Positions 20,943-33,196 are shown, counted from the first letter of the whole stretch. The stretch is DNA of 63,994 nucleotides, filler included, from Aduncisulcus paluster (GCA_024181965.1; 5 parts of 5 records of this genome joined end to end with filler, not necessarily neighbours in it), one strand, 5' to 3'. The notes: generated from the sequence alone by a model not told the origin. Program-made: numbers and translations.

Positions 20943-22808
20943 TTAGAACTTTACAAATCCACCACCCCTTGTAATTTTCAGTAGGTTTTCAACTCCAGAC
21001 TTTTCCATAATATCCTTAACATCATCTTTAACCATTTTATATGTCATATCCAACAATTGAGACAATGAGAGGATCTTGGGCTCACTCTTTGTGCTTTCTT
21101 CCTTCTTCTCAGCCTCTTCTTTCTCAGCCTCTTCTTTCTCAGCCTCTTCTTTCTCAGCCTCTTCTTTCTCAGCCTCGGCATGTTCTTCATCAGATACTAA
21201 TAATCGAGATACCTTGGTGATACTGGATATATCCTCCACTGGAAGCTCATTCACCCATTGTCCTAACGTTCCAAGCTTAATTCCGGCAATCTCATCCAAA
21301 GAATTCACCAGAATATACTCGTACATACCATACTCATCATCGAATACATCGGAAGAGAAGGGAGCCATCCTCCCCTTCACATATTTCTCTTCATCAGGAA
21401 GGAATGAGAGGCTGATTGTAACATTATCCTCCTCCTCTTTCTCACCTTCTTCCTTGGTGCCAAGACCAGACTTAACAGGGGAGGGTCCGAGACCATCGCA
21501 GAGTTCGAACCAATCGGAGTCAATATCACCAATAAAACGATAAGCTGGGGCAAGGTTGATATCCTCAGAACTGAGCATGGCGTCAATACGGCTCAACAAA
21601 CGATATTCCATCACGTTGAACAGAGCATAGGCTCTCTCAACCAAAGGTGTGACAACAGAATGTAGTTCCTGGGGAACTCCGACCAGAAACTCCCTAAATG
21701 GCATACGACGCTCCTTGTCTTTCCCACTACAGCAGCCGCCTTCACACTTGTGATCTCCACAGCACTCACCAGCACCTGAAGAACATGAAGAACAATCAGT
21801 ATCATCACAGCCACCGAAAATATCGCATGATCCAGAAGCACAAGTCTTATCGATCGCACTGTATGTCGGGAGGCAAGCCCAGATATAGGTCTTGAGTTTC
21901 CTTGAAGCACGTTCGGTCAAGAAGTGACGGATACCTTGGATGACAGCATGCTGCATGACAGGAATGTCGATATATTCTCCCTTGATATTCTTAAGACCAC
22001 AATCCCATGGGGAGGGGACATCTTGCTGCCTCTTCCAAGCAAATGCAGCTTTGGAGGAAGGGGAGAGACATGAGGCAGATAAGGTGAAACGAATGGATGT
22101 ACGCTTGAACATCAACCTTTTGAAAGCATCTTTAGAAGCGAACAAACTGAAGAAACCAAGCTGAGCCTCAGAAATATCAATAGCATGTACAACTTTCCTT
22201 TCTTCGGCACTGGGCAAGGCTGAAACTTTTTTGGCAAGAGAAGGAAGTAAAAGAGAGGCAATATCACCAGCGGATTGGATAGATTTAGGCTTTGATGTGG
22301 ACGAAGTAGACTTTTCTCCTTCTTCACATTCTTCAACGGGTTTTTCACCCTCGTCATGAGCTTTCTCTTTTTCAGAAATTTCTTTTTTATCTTTAAGTTC
22401 TTCTTCGCGTTTCTTTTGGAAAAAAATGGCCTTTTCTTCAAGGCTTAGTTTTCTAGCCTCAATCTTTTGAATAATGGCTAAATACTTCTCAAGAGAAATT
22501 GTATAATCAAGGGTAGCAAGATCTTCGAGGGTAACATACTTTCCTGATAACTGAGCTTTGTGGCATTCTACATTATTCTCACTATAAAAGCAATCTTGGA
22601 GAAAAGGGACCAACTTTTCATCGGCTAGAACAAATGAATTGGGTCCAACTCCTTTTTTAATTGAAGCAAGTGAGCATATAACATATCTGGTCTTGGGATC
22701 AAGCTCTTCCAGATAGAAGTCCATTCGTTGTTCATTGGTTGTAAGAGTAGAATATTCAGGGAAAATACCTAACAACAAATCATGTGTCGCAGTTTTAGTG
22801 AAGTCCAT
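20943..22808 (-). CDS. Hypothetical protein with an internal Cys-rich cluster and an (EAEKE)n repeat
   Basis: Long ORF (ATG 22808) containing CASGSCDIFGGCDDTDCSSCSSGAGECCGDHKCEGGCC. Confidence 0.8.
   Translation of the reverse strand: MDFTKTATHDLLLGIFPEYSTLTTNEQRMDFYLEELDPKTRYVICSLASIKKGVGPNSFVLADEKLVPFLQDCFYSENNVECHKAQLSGKYVTLEDLATLDYTISLEKYLAIIQKIEARKLSLEEKAIFFQKKREEELKDKKEISEKEKAHDEGEKPVEECEEGEKSTSSTSKPKSIQSAGDIASLLLPSLAKKVSALPSAEERKVVHAIDISEAQLGFFSLFASKDAFKRLMFKRTSIRFTLSASCLSPSSKAAFAWKRQQDVPSPWDCGLKNIKGEYIDIPVMQHAVIQGIRHFLTERASRKLKTYIWACLPTYSAIDKTCASGSCDIFGGCDDTDCSSCSSGAGECCGDHKCEGGCCSGKDKERRMPFREFLVGVPQELHSVVTPLVERAYALFNVMEYRLLSRIDAMLSSEDINLAPAYRFIGDIDSDWFELCDGLGPSPVKSGLGTKEEGEKEEEDNVTISLSFLPDEEKYVKGRMAPFSSDVFDDEYGMYEYILVNSLDEIAGIKLGTLGQWVNELPVEDISSITKVSRLLVSDEEHAEAEKEEAEKEEAEKEEAEKEEAEKKEESTKSEPKILSLSQLLDMTYKMVKDDVKDIMEKSGVENLLKITRGGGFVKF
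21103..21177 (-). repeat. 15-bp coding minisatellite (GAGGCTGAGAAAGAA)x5 encoding EAEKE
   Basis: ttctttctcagcctc tandemly repeated on the + strand. Confidence 0.9.
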
Positions 22809-23187
22809 TCTAAGAATTCCCAAGAAAAATCGAGGTTTAATTTTCTTTATGATTTCTTTGCATAAATTGAATATCCTATGTAATATTCCGAATGTATAGA
22901 CATATTCATTGACTAAAATGACATTAAAAATATGATTATACTACTAAATAAAAAAATAATTTTAATACCTCAATTTTTAAAAATATTTTCAAATTATACA
23001 TAAAAATAACTTTAAAAGTATATTTAAATTTCGTTCCATTTCGAATTGTGCATGATAATTCGAAATTTGACCGTCAAAATGATTCAGGGCTGATTTCGTT
23101 GCAAAATACAAGATATTATATCCTATAGAATCATTTTTCATATAATTTCTTACGTTATATAATTGAAGTTTTGTAGCAGGTTGATTT

Positions 23188-26100
23188 ATGTATGTTGACT
23201 CGCTCTACAAATTTTTGTGGAGAAAAAATGATGATGGGCACTCAAGTTCTGTGCGAATACCTCAGACGATATTATTTTCATCTGGTTATCCAGTTGAATG
23301 GTATTTTTGCTCGGTTAAATCTGAAGGCGTATTTGATCTTCATCCGATTCTACGGAAACACAAAAAAAACACAACTCTATCAAATATTAAGAACGCTTTC
23401 TATAAACTATTTCATCAAAAAGGAAAATCTCATCGTGATATTATAGCTCAATCTATTTCCATAATTAAAGGTAGTGAGGATGATAACGTTCTTTTTGTTG
23501 ATTATCTCACACCTGAATCTTTCGATACTTTCTTAGTCCAAGCTCGATACACGCGTTTTACGGGTATTTTACAGGAATTTATTTACCCTAGTGCGCGATA
23601 TAATGAAACTTATAAAGTTAGTTATACCCCTTCCTTCTGCCGGATTGAAAGGAAGAGAAATAAGCATTCCCTTTACAATAGGAAGAAAAGTCCCGTTGAG
23701 CGTTGTTCTACATTCCATTCCCTCCCATCAGAAGCTGAATATCTCCCAATATATACTGACACTATTTCGCATGGAATCAATGAGATTACCGACCACATGG
23801 TGCAACATCTAATGGTATCTCTGTCGGAGGTTGAGGCAGGGACAGGTGTGAAGGAGGTTCAGACCAGTTTACTTCGACAGGCACCATCGTGTGATGTCTC
23901 CTCGATGTGTGGACGGGACAGCTCAATATTCCCACAGTCTTCAAGTTCAACAAGTGAGTCATTCCGAAGGGTATCCACTGCTCCAGGTGGTCGGAGAAAG
24001 CGTGGAAGAACCAATTCCCAAGACCTTGGGATGATTGCCGAGGAAGAAGAAGATGTGCAGGACAATTGTTTGGCCATGGATGAATCTAAGCATGAAGATA
24101 TCCTCGTCACAGGCACAAACACAAAAGCGTCCATGCATAAAGGAGAGTTAGAAGGTGAAAAAGAAGATGATGGTGATGGAAAAGCTCAAGAAGGAGGCCA
24201 ACAGCTTCGAGAGCAGAGTCTCTTGACTGAGGTTAGTCGTACTATGGGAAGTGATGATGCTCTTACCACTCCAAAGGTTACAAGTGGCTCCACAGGACGG
24301 AAACAAAGGAGTCTATCTGTTGGCCATACAAAATACAAACAATCTGGGAAGAATGCTAGAAAACAACCTTTCAAACCATTGAGAAAACAGTTTATTCGTT
24401 CTTCCCTCGATGTTAAGAACAAATCATCAAAATCTGTTAATCCTACGCCCTATTCGATGGAAGATAACACCGATCAGTTGGCTATTTTTAACCCCTCTGT
24501 GGAGCGTGAGAAAGAGAAACTTCGAAGGTCCTGTTCTGTTCCACCTGTTCATTCATCGCACGCTCTTACCTCGTCTAATTTCATCAAGAAGGTCATCAAA
24601 GACATTCGAATCGAAGAAGAGAAGAAGAAAGAAGAGGAAGAGGTGAGACATCGGGAAAGAGAAAGAAGGAGAGAAATGAGGGAGAGAAGACGGAAAAGGA
24701 AGAGTTGTAAGGGTAAAAAGGATGCTAAAGAGGCATCAAAACAAGTGGGTAATGGGATTATTATTGGCGAGAAAAAAACTGATGTTCAGTTGCTTGAACA
24801 TAATCATGGAGCCGCAGAAGAACACGAAGAACAAGAAGTTGAGGTTGAGGAGGATGAATATGATGATGATTATAGCTCTTCTTCTGACACTAATTCTGAG
24901 CATTATAGTGATCTGTTTGGACGTGATGCTGCATCCATTGATGGCACCGATGGTTTCTTTGCTCCGTATCTCTCTTCTCTGCAGAAAACGACTGTAATGA
25001 AGCTTAAAGGATGGAATAATGACTCCGATATCGTTGATCTTGCTACCCATGTGCATGAAAATGAAGCCCATGAGGCCGCAAAGTTAGCTGCTGCGACCAC
25101 CCATGGAGAAACTCTTCTTGATGATCTCATACTCGGCAAGATGCAGGAAGAACAACAGACACATCAGAAAAGTGGCCATAACCATTGTAATAACAAGGAT
25201 TCTGATAGTTCTGGTATAGCTAAGAGAGTTGGGCGGAGTATTACTAAATCGGGAGCCAAGAGTGACTCAGAACAAGGTGACGATCAAGGACAGCAAAGTA
25301 ATGGGGATGAAAAGGATGCCAAAGACCAACATGTGCAACGGTTAGCAAAAGGTTTTAGTCACATTTACCCCGCTCAGAGTCTTGGACTTGACGGGAAAGA
25401 TCAGATTAGACCGGCTACAACCGGTGTTGGGACACGTCCAACACTGTTCCCCGGTGTGTCATCCAAGACATCCACATCTGGTTCCTCTTCTTCCTCCTCT
25501 TCGTCGTCAATGTACTCTAGGAGAGGTGACGTTAAAGAGTTGGGCAGTTGTTTGATTTCAAGATTCTCATTCATCTGTAAAGTCGACGAAAAGGGAGAAT
25601 TATATATGTTATTTTGTACAGAAATGAAGATGGTGAGTGCTATCTTCGGCGTAAGGGATCTTTCCTCAAATGTTTTGACCACTCTTCCACTTCCTCCTCC
25701 CCCTATTCACAAGGCAATGTCATCTGCACTGAGTAACCAATCTGGATCTATTTTTGGACAAGGCAAGATCGGTTCCAATCCCAAAATAGAAGGAAACGAG
25801 GGCCTTCAACAGAGGGCTCGTTCGCATCTTTTTGATTTGATGGGTGGTAGCACCCAAGGGATAATCAATGGTTCCAGCATGGATGCTTTTGATCCTGGTC
25901 GGGAGGGTGTATCTGATCGTAATGACAATGCTTTGACGTGCATGAGTATATTTCCAACGATCAGAAGTTCACCGCCTTCAACCCGATCAGCTTCAACGGG
26001 GTCTTCTTTCTCAAAGTCTAGATATCACAACAATACTTCTGGAATTGGTTCATCTTCTTCTTCTTCCTCTGTTCCATTTGGTTCCTCACGTGAATATGGT

Positions 26101-28173
26101 CATAGTTCTATTGATGGGAGACCATCAACAACCCACAGTGGTCAGAGACGAGGTCCTTCTTCCTCTTCTCAATCTGGCTCAATGATTCCAAGAAGACCCC
26201 TATCCTCCTCCTCTTTGATAGCCCTCTCGTTGAGTCATAGAGATCCAATTTCACTTGGGATGGAGCAGAAAGATCGTTGGAGAATGGAGGAAAGACAGCT
26301 ACGAATCCAAGAAGAGGAGAGGAAAGAGAGGGTGAGACAAGAAAGGTTGGAGAAGAAGAGGCAGAGGATTGCTGAGAAAAGACATGCAGCTGTGCATTCA
26401 GCTCCTGGATTGAGACGTTATTGTGACGTTCAGAAAGGTGCCGATGGATCTTCCTTTGCTTCAACTGGTGGAGAACCTTCATCTTCAATTCGTAGTTCAT
26501 CTGCATTCGGTTCTTCCATTGGTCATGTTAGATCGAGTAGATACCAAGTCTCAGGCCTTCCACCCCTGCCAAAGCATCATACAGACGCTAATAATAATAA
26601 CAATAATAATAATTCAAATAATAATCATATTAATACTAACACAAGCGCATCTGGTCCTTCTTTAGTCCCTGCAATGACCACAAGTAGAAGACAGGGTGGT
26701 GACAGTTTGCATTACATACCGGCTGCTGATGATGTGAGTTCATCTATTGGGGTATCTCCAGGGAAGACAGAAGTCCGTCGAAGTTCGAGTAGTAGAAAGA
26801 AGAAAGAATCGACTAGACGGGCTCTCTCTTCGTCATCCTCATTCACATCGGTGTCATTATCCATTCTTCCGGCATACTTAACCTCTGAATATCTTCCCAT
26901 GTCTCCACACCCACCTCCAAGATCTCAAGGAAGAGCAATGTCCCAGCAAGGTGGCAGGAGGAAATTATCTTTAACAAACCAACGATCGAGAACACTTATC
27001 TCTGCTCAAGGTGGTCGAAGATCTGTCAAATACTTATCAACTAATAACATATCCTCGATTCCACACCCACCTCCAAGATCTTCTTCTTCTTCTTCTTCTT
27101 CATCCTCCTCTTCCTCTGGCTTTTCTTCCCATCTATCACAGGTCTTGTGTTGTTGTTCTGAGTGTGGGAGTCCCATGTCCCTAGCTCACGATATTACTCA
27201 CAAATCACTCATTTTACTACATTTCCACAGAATGCTCCCGACGTCTCTTCATTATGTCCTATCCTCTTCACACACTCATATGAAGGAGATGGTGACGAAT
27301 ATTCTAAAACGAGTGCGAAGAATGGTTCCTGGTTCTTCCTTGAAGAGTCCTAGGTTTGTTGAACGATCAGATAGACGGAAAGAAGGGAGCTCACAGAATG
27401 GTGGTCATCAAGGGGCATCTGATGTTGCTGGAGGTGCTCATTCAGATAGATTCTCAACGGCAGTCATGTCTCCAAAAGCTCATGTGGCCACATCTGGATC
27501 ATCTGATGGGACCCTTGTTGAAGCTCTGAAAGGTGTGGAGGATTGTGGAGATCCGCTCCCATTCTCTCTGGATGCCAGTATTAAGAATCCTGTCAAGAAT
27601 CCCTCTGAACTTAATGGAATTGTGTGGCAATATGAAGATTCTCATCAGCAACACTATGGAATTGATTCTCCAGGAATTGATGGGAATATTGGTGGAATAA
27701 CAACCAGAGGGAAAGATAAAGATTTATCGACTTTATCATCTTCGAGAGGATCAACAAAAATGAATGCTTCATTGAAACTTTCTCACCATCATGACTCAAA
27801 GACTATTTCTGGAAATGCCCAGAAAGAGGATGGGAAGGGACCAGGTCCTGTAATGGCTAAGAGTACTGTTATATCTTCTTCTATTCCAACAATAATGCAA
27901 AAGCCGAGCTCTCCTCCTCTTCAACTCGCTGGAAGAGCATTTACTCCGATTGAAATGTTGGATCTTACCGAGAAAGACATGATTCCGCCTCCATTGTTGA
28001 TATCTCATCCATTCTTGACTTTATCTAGATTAGCTTCATTGTATTCCAGCATTCATGAGTGTTGTAAACTCATTCAAGTATGTGGAGAATGTGCTTCAAG
28101 AGCTAAAGAAATTCAAAGGACAATCGATGAGAAGGAGACAAGAAAACTTGTTAAAAAGGTTAGATATCTATGA
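23188..28173 (+). CDS. Large protein (1661 aa): conserved-looking globular segments plus a split CxxC...CxxC finger, separated by low-complexity insertions
   Basis: N-terminal VRIPQTILF..GYPVEWYF..ILRKHKKN..GILQEFIYP..ERCSTF, internal FICKVDEKGELYMLFC, C-terminal CSECG and IPP..HP..VCGEC. Resembles a family recalled from flagellated/ciliated protists. Confidence 0.8.
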   Translation: MYVDSLYKFLWRKNDDGHSSSVRIPQTILFSSGYPVEWYFCSVKSEGVFDLHPILRKHKKNTTLSNIKNAFYKLFHQKGKSHRDIIAQSISIIKGSEDDNVLFVDYLTPESFDTFLVQARYTRFTGILQEFIYPSARYNETYKVSYTPSFCRIERKRNKHSLYNRKKSPVERCSTFHSLPSEAEYLPIYTDTISHGINEITDHMVQHLMVSLSEVEAGTGVKEVQTSLLRQAPSCDVSSMCGRDSSIFPQSSSSTSESFRRVSTAPGGRRKRGRTNSQDLGMIAEEEEDVQDNCLAMDESKHEDILVTGTNTKASMHKGELEGEKEDDGDGKAQEGGQQLREQSLLTEVSRTMGSDDALTTPKVTSGSTGRKQRSLSVGHTKYKQSGKNARKQPFKPLRKQFIRSSLDVKNKSSKSVNPTPYSMEDNTDQLAIFNPSVEREKEKLRRSCSVPPVHSSHALTSSNFIKKVIKDIRIEEEKKKEEEEVRHRERERRREMRERRRKRKSCKGKKDAKEASKQVGNGIIIGEKKTDVQLLEHNHGAAEEHEEQEVEVEEDEYDDDYSSSSDTNSEHYSDLFGRDAASIDGTDGFFAPYLSSLQKTTVMKLKGWNNDSDIVDLATHVHENEAHEAAKLAAATTHGETLLDDLILGKMQEEQQTHQKSGHNHCNNKDSDSSGIAKRVGRSITKSGAKSDSEQGDDQGQQSNGDEKDAKDQHVQRLAKGFSHIYPAQSLGLDGKDQIRPATTGVGTRPTLFPGVSSKTSTSGSSSSSSSSSMYSRRGDVKELGSCLISRFSFICKVDEKGELYMLFCTEMKMVSAIFGVRDLSSNVLTTLPLPPPPIHKAMSSALSNQSGSIFGQGKIGSNPKIEGNEGLQQRARSHLFDLMGGSTQGIINGSSMDAFDPGREGVSDRNDNALTCMSIFPTIRSSPPSTRSASTGSSFSKSRYHNNTSGIGSSSSSSSVPFGSSREYGHSSIDGRPSTTHSGQRRGPSSSSQSGSMIPRRPLSSSSLIALSLSHRDPISLGMEQKDRWRMEERQLRIQEEERKERVRQERLEKKRQRIAEKRHAAVHSAPGLRRYCDVQKGADGSSFASTGGEPSSSIRSSSAFGSSIGHVRSSRYQVSGLPPLPKHHTDANNNNNNNNSNNNHINTNTSASGPSLVPAMTTSRRQGGDSLHYIPAADDVSSSIGVSPGKTEVRRSSSSRKKKESTRRALSSSSSFTSVSLSILPAYLTSEYLPMSPHPPPRSQGRAMSQQGGRRKLSLTNQRSRTLISAQGGRRSVKYLSTNNISSIPHPPPRSSSSSSSSSSSSSGFSSHLSQVLCCCSECGSPMSLAHDITHKSLILLHFHRMLPTSLHYVLSSSHTHMKEMVTNILKRVRRMVPGSSLKSPRFVERSDRRKEGSSQNGGHQGASDVAGGAHSDRFSTAVMSPKAHVATSGSSDGTLVEALKGVEDCGDPLPFSLDASIKNPVKNPSELNGIVWQYEDSHQQHYGIDSPGIDGNIGGITTRGKDKDLSTLSSSRGSTKMNASLKLSHHHDSKTISGNAQKEDGKGPGPVMAKSTVISSSIPTIMQKPSSPPLQLAGRAFTPIEMLDLTEKDMIPPPLLISHPFLTLSRLASLYSSIHECCKLIQVCGECASRAKEIQRTIDEKETRKLVKKVRYL

Positions 28174-28378
28174 AAATATCATTTGGATCAGGTTATTATA
28201 ACTGAATAAAACTTTTCACTCGATATTGTGGTGTTGGTTTATATAGAGTAAAATTCAAAAATTGAAATGTTTTAATTTATTTAAATTTGGATGTGTAATT
28301 TATTATAGTCATTGGCTACTGTGTTATTCAAATTAATTTTTCCGTGACCATGATCAATGCGTTTTCGATTGGATATCA

Positions 28379-31300
28379 ATGAATGTCAGCGATTTACCTC
28401 ATTTTGAGGAATTACCTGAGCATTTAGATGGAGATAATGAAAGAATATGTGATGTAGCTGATTTATTTATCCCAATTCAAACAAGCTCTCCATATCGAAG
28501 TTGTTTGTCTTTTTTACGAGAAGCTTGGCATTGTTTAGATGTAAAACATCAAAAAGCTATTCATCAAAGGGAAAAGAAAATCCATCAAGCAAATGGAAAG
28601 GAGTTGAAATCAACAAGAGCTGATTCTCTGCGTAAAAAGAGGAGATATCGTCGATTTTGCACAGCTAATATGGGACAAGCTCCTATACATTGCAAGGCGA
28701 CCAGAATATATTCTGATATTCCATATATCAAAAAAGTTTCCATCAATCCTGATATATCGCATACACCTGAAAGAATTGAAGAGAAAAAAGAGCCAAAGCT
28801 TGAAATACAGGAAGATAAGGATGAGAAAAACTTCTCCTTTAAAACTAAAGTGGAAGAACCGTGGTTTTCTCTTGCTGATGAAAGTAGCTTAAGTTCTTAT
28901 GCTCATTTTGTTCGTTTTTTTAATAGCCCCACGCCTTATTCTTCTTATTTTTTATTTCGGGAAGACAAGATTAAATTCCAAGAATATACTATGGTTCATC
29001 ATCCCATGTTATTTCATTCTTCGTTCTTTAAACAATCTCAGAGTGTCAATTATGACGGTAAAACATATTTAAAATCTCAAATAATGGCATTTTTATCGTC
29101 GTTATCCAAAAAAAGACGTCAGACGCTCCTTACTCCTTCTTTTGAGCAAATTGAGGATCTTCTTGCATCATACAAACTTCGTGGGGATCCAAAACACTTC
29201 ATGGACTCTGATCTTCCACCCCATGTTGAGCCTTTATCCTCTCTTCCTCTCTATTTCCTCCTTGATTCAGCCCATATCCACAGACTTGCTTATATGCTCG
29301 AGGAGAAGGCTAACAAAGCCCGTGGAAAAGCCTCTATCCTTCCGTCTTCCTTCATATCCTCTTCTCTTTACCAATCTCTCAATTCTCGCTCGAATCCCAG
29401 TGGTCGTTCACCGATTCGGATGGTTTCCCAACGCTTCCGGGGAGTTGGTCTCCGCAACATATCTTCCTTCCTTTCTATGAACGACAAGGATGGCGGAAGA
29501 AGCGTGAGTCGAGAAGGTATCAGCGATCTGTTATTCATTGTGTTTGTTATAGTTAGTTATGCTGTGTGCATTTCAAGAGAAAGCCAGTTACATCGGTTTG
29601 ACCACTCTCGTATTGCCTCTGCCTACTTTAGATTCAGGGGTCAAATGCGGACTGCGCTTAATCCTGAGCGTGAGAATGCGTTTAGAACAGACTCTGACGA
29701 AGAGATCGCCAAGAGACATGCTCTTTTGGAAGGAACAATGGCTGAAGTGGATGTTTTCCCACATTTACATGTCCCTTCGTCTTCCATTCCGTTTATTCCA
29801 GAAGTGTACAACGATATTTTGTGTACTTTGTTGGCAGGACACGAGGTTGGTGAAAGAGTTGTCGGGTTTGAGGAGTGCCTTCGTAAGTGGAACATTACTC
29901 AGACAAGCTCTTCTTCTGCTTCAGCTCATCCCTCGGCTTCAAATCCTTCCATCCAGGCATTGCACGAGGGAATGGAATCTTCTTCTTCTTGTTCAGCTTC
30001 TTCCTCGAAAGCGGAGACTCATGGGATACCGGTGTCAACTGATTCTATAATTGGAATACCGATATCTTCATCAAGTAAGAGGAAGAGGAAGAGGAAGAAA
30101 AAGGGGAAATCAAAGTCATCTTCTACACCTCCTTCTGCCTCAGATACAGTGCATCACCATTCACATCCACCTGGCAAGAATAATGCTTCTTCTTCTTCTT
30201 CTTCTTCTTCTTCTTCTTCTTCTTCTACCTCGTCTGTCGATGGTTCTGATCTTTCTCTATGTTCCTTTACTCCTAATGAAAACCGCACCTTGTTACCTGA
30301 ATGCATAATTAACGATCTATATGATAGGTTTGAAGAATTACACAAACATATCCATGCATTTGAGCATTTTTCATGCATCCACTGTGGAGTTGAGTATTAC
30401 TCAGACACATCAGTGCACGCTGATGTTATTCTTGCGAAAACACGGTTTAGAAGGAACAAAAAGGATGGTCTGGAGGAGTGTTTTGACATTCTTAATCGAC
30501 ACTCTTCTTCTTTTCCTTGTTTGCGAACCATATGTCAATGTTTCATGATGTTTACTGACATATGTTTCTTTTTACCATGCAGTGCACTGTTCATGCAATC
30601 TCTGTCCGATAACTACGCATTTTGTATGTGTGTATGCGCTCAGACAAGTAAGAGAGAGGAGAAGAGAAGGAGACAACAGGTCCTCGAGGAAGAAGAGGAG
30701 GAAGAAGAGGAAGAGGAGCTTGTCTGTGCGATCGATGAGAACGTCAAGTGCATGTTCCAGGGCGTTCTTGTTGATAAACTCTTCAGTGGAGGTTACATCA
30801 ACCATGACTCCCAACCTTCTTCAAGTTCTTCTTCAAGTTCCCTTGTGAAAAATACTACTGGTAATAACACAGATGTAATGAAGCCATCTTCTTCCTCCGT
30901 TTCCATTCCTCCTCCTCCAACCGGTCAAATCAGTGGCTATGAAGTTCGAGATGTCTCGTTGATTTTCTCTCCGGTTGTGTATTCCTCTACTCTTCAACTC
31001 TTCCACAAAAGTCTGTCTGTCTCTCTCGCTCTCACATCTTTCACACACCGCACGCTCTCCGTGTGTATCGGAAAAGTGATTGAGAAGGCTGTGTTTGACG
31101 AATACATCAGGGAAAGTGAACTAAAAGAGGAAGAGGAGAAAGAGAGAGAGAGAAAGAAGAAGAGGAAAGAGGAAGAGAAGAGGAGGAAAGAAAGAGAAGA
31201 GAAGAAGAAGGAAAGAGGAAGAGAAGAGGAGGAGAGAAGGAGGAAGAAGGAAGAGAAAAAGAGAAGAAAGGAAGAAGAAAGGAAGAGAAAGGAAGAAGAA

Positions 31301-32025
31301 GAAAGAAGAAAAGAAGAGAAGAAGAGAGAGGAAGAGAAGAAAAAGGAAAAGAAAAGAAAAAAAGAAGAAGAGGAAAAGAAGAGAAAGGAAGAGGAGACAA
31401 GAAAGAAAGAAGAGAAAAAGAGAGAGGATGAAAGAAAGAGAAAAGAAGAGGAGACAAGAAAGAAAGAAGAGAAAAAGAGAGAGGATGAAAGGAAGAGAAG
31501 AGAAGAGGAAGAGAGGAAGAAAGAGAGAGCGGGAAAAGAAAAGAAGAGAAAGGAAGGAGAGAAAGAGAAGAAGAAGAAGGAAGTGAAGGAAAATGGTCAA
31601 AAGAAATTAAAAGAACAAAAGTTTGAAGGGGGGAAAGAAAAGGAAAAAGAGATAAGAAAGGAGAAGGAAATAGTTTCTCAAAATGCTATTTTGGGAAAAG
31701 AAGAAGAGCCAATCTCGTCTTCATCACTTCCTTCAGCTTTCAAACAATCATCCATCCATTCTGACGGATCTATTCAACCGATATCTTCTCTCCCCTCTTC
31801 TAATGAAGAAAAAGTTCAGCTGCCCGGATCCGGTAGAGAAAAAGTTCATGTCAGTCGTGACACACAACGTTCTGAGGTTCAGTATAGAATAGATTCCCAA
31901 ATAGATCCTGCTGTTGTTCTTGATCGTGGCAGTGGCAGTTCTGTTTTACGGGAACATCAATCACCCCAATCTTTTCCCATAGATATTTCACATGATACCC
32001 ATGAAGCTTCACTCAATACTGCACC
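28379..32025 (+). CDS. Large hypothetical protein with poly-Ser tracts and an E/K/R-rich coiled coil, 3'-truncated
   Basis: ORF open to the contig end; charged single-alpha-helix-like region 31120-31670; (TTC)n tract 30186-30226. Confidence 0.8.
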
Positions 32026-32251
32026 NNNNNNNNNNNNNNNNNNNNNNNNNNNNNNNNNNNNNNNNNNNNTTAATTAATTAANNNNNNNNNNNNNNNNNNN
32101 NNNNNNNNNNNNNNNNNNNNNNNNNACTGAGATCAAATTCTTCGATATCTCCAAAAAATGCTTCTCGAGTACGATTCATTGATATTTGATGTAAAATATG
32201 GAAATATTCGCATTGAATATGAACTAATGGGATGACAATAATTTTGTGTGA

Positions 32252-32310
32252 TCTAAAAATAGAAATTCTAAAAATAGAAATCACTTCTGAAATATCCGTT
32301 TTTATGCATT
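32252..32310. promoter_or_regulatory. Third copy of the tandem TCTAAAAATAGA dimer, followed by the same AAATATCCGTT..GCATT motif seen at 5295-5313
   Basis: 32252-32278 is the exact reverse complement of 5256-5282. Confidence 0.5.
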
Positions 32311-32645
32311 GAAATTCTCAGATTTTACTCCAAAGCTGTTCATTTGGTTTTCAAAAATCAGTTTTTTCGTGTATTTTGATGTCTCAATGTCCAAAAAGGA
32401 TCTGATCTTGATCAATCTTTTCCTGAATTGATCAGTTTAATCGTTCTTAGGTTGAGGATCTCACAATCACATGGTTGACCCTTGAATTGAATCGTATTTC
32501 ATTTTGTTCAACATCATCAAACATCGGGTCTTGTCACTGATGATTGTTCAACCGAAGCAGTGAAATCCAATTTACCAATCGCATGAATAAATTAAAAACA
32601 TTCAGATAGAACGAATAGAACGGATAAATAATAGATATTGCATCT

Positions 32646-33053
32646 TTATTCCCATATATCGATGTCGAAATCCCCACCGAACTCACCCAAACCATCATCC
32701 TTATCGATGGCGAAGGAAGATGTGTCTTGCAGTTTCTCATCAATTTCCCCAGAACCAACATGGGCAAGTAATCTCGATGCCCGTCCAAATGCACTTCCAC
32801 TGGACGCTTTGCTCTGGCTTGAATCAAAATGCTTCAACTGTGCCTGTCTTGGTGGGGACAATTGTTCGTCCCCTGAAATCCGCAATCCCGTATGACGATA
32901 GCTAAATCCTTGTTTTTCATGGGGAAGCACGGATTCTTTTCTTCGGAAAGGATCTTCACCAAATTCTCTGTGAGGTTGAATCTCATCCACTTGAGGAATG
33001 ATACTAATGTTAGAAGACAAAGATCGGTTTAAGGATCGTCTCCCTTCTCGCAT
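32646..33053 (-). CDS. Small hypothetical ORF or terminal exon/fragment
   Basis: 135-aa ORF with coding-like composition ending GGDFDIDIWE; the 5' end is unclear. Confidence 0.4.
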   Translation of the reverse strand: MREGRRSLNRSLSSNISIIPQVDEIQPHREFGEDPFRRKESVLPHEKQGFSYRHTGLRISGDEQLSPPRQAQLKHFDSSQSKASSGSAFGRASRLLAHVGSGEIDEKLQDTSSFAIDKDDGLGEFGGDFDIDIWE

Positions 33054-33196
33054 ATACGTGTCACCTCTCCGAGACCAACCTCGGTCGAAGGCTCGCTAAG
33101 GAAATCAAGAGCTCTCCGAAAGTTGATCAAGACGATCTTCATCTTTCTTAAAGAAATATTGATTAAGAAATAAAATAGAAACGAAAGTAATTAAAT

